From Marsupella aquatica (taxonomy: Eukaryota; Plantae; Marchantiophyta), in contig OZ316891.1 of the NCBI GenBank assembly GCA_973895155.1, positions 17,730,095-17,794,094 on the forward strand: a DNA stretch of 64,000 bases, written 5' to 3'. Of this stretch, positions 63,303 through 64,000 are shown one piece after another (position 1 is the first letter of the stretch; every line of letters starts with the position of its first letter). Below the pieces are notes generated by a model. The model had not been told where the DNA came from, did not search any database, and worked only from the letters and a program-made list of their open reading frames with translations. The position numbers were made by a program, and so were the translations under genes.

Positions 63303-64000
63303 CTAAGATCTGAGTTGAGCTGAGTTGAGTTGGGCTGCTGCTGGGGGCCACAATTCCTGTTCAGGATGCTGCTACAGTCGTAATAATGAGTACTTATCAA
63401 CGATGCCCCACAATCTTTTCCCTTCCTCGTCGTCTTCCTTTTACTTTCCTTGGCTGGTAGATTCCGCGTCAACTCCTTTCTCTCTACTCTTCCTTCTAGA
63501 GACATGCCCCGCCCCCCTCGCTCTCAGTCACTCACTCATTCAATCACTGCCGACAGAAAAGGCCAGTACTGGAGTCCCCACCACGCGACGCCACTACAGG
63601 ATTGGACGATTCTTCCGTGTATCCCGTCATATTATTGCATCGATCATCAGTCAGGAGGAGAGGAGGAGCGAGCCAAATAGCAGCAAGGAGGCTTTGGTGG
63701 TGGTGTGGTGTGGTGTGGTTTCGTTTGTTGGTTGCGGTCTGCGTGGGGGAACGACGAGCCAGTGGTGACAGTGTGACAGTGAGTTCGCTCAGCGGAAGGA
63801 GAGGAGCTTCCCGTTCTGGAGCATTTCACGGAGGAAGTGCACCTCCGAGACTGACGAGTAGTATGGAGATGTAAGTTGAGGTCGGTCAAGGCCTCGGGGA
63901 AAGCAAGCCGAGGATAGGAAGGGAAGGACAGGAAGGAGGAGCACGAGGAGGATCAGCCGGAGGGGAGGGGAGGGGACGGGAGGAGCGAGAAAGTGCTCTC

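Overview
Eukaryotic land-plant nuclear DNA, probably a non-seed plant such as a bryophyte (inference). It holds one intact host gene, an 8-exon tyrosine-specific protein phosphatase (PTP1-like, minus strand, 16705-20368), among layered transposons. The centre is a nest: a long-TIR Mutator-like element (about 22025-42951) whose transposase is split by a solo LTR and by a complete 16.1-kb CACTA element (24742-40839, 18-bp TIRs, ACA TSD). Besides TnpD and TnpA, this CACTA carries four co-oriented intronless cargo ORFs: an EDM2-like PHD-finger cluster, a Pol-lambda-type tandem BRCT protein, an F-box protein and a Cys-rich protein. I consider this cassette the best candidate for an undescribed transposon system that manipulates host chromatin and repair. 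Next come a Harbinger-like element with Myb-like and RPA70C-like ORFs (43910-48180) and a 3'-truncated Ty3/Gypsy element (48263-57169) whose single polyprotein reads Gag-PR-cytosine-C5 methyltransferase-RT-RH-INT-PHD. Most TE ORFs carry premature TAG/TGA stops consistent with C-to-T changes in CAG/CGA codons. All protein assignments come from manual translation and recalled motifs; no database search was run.
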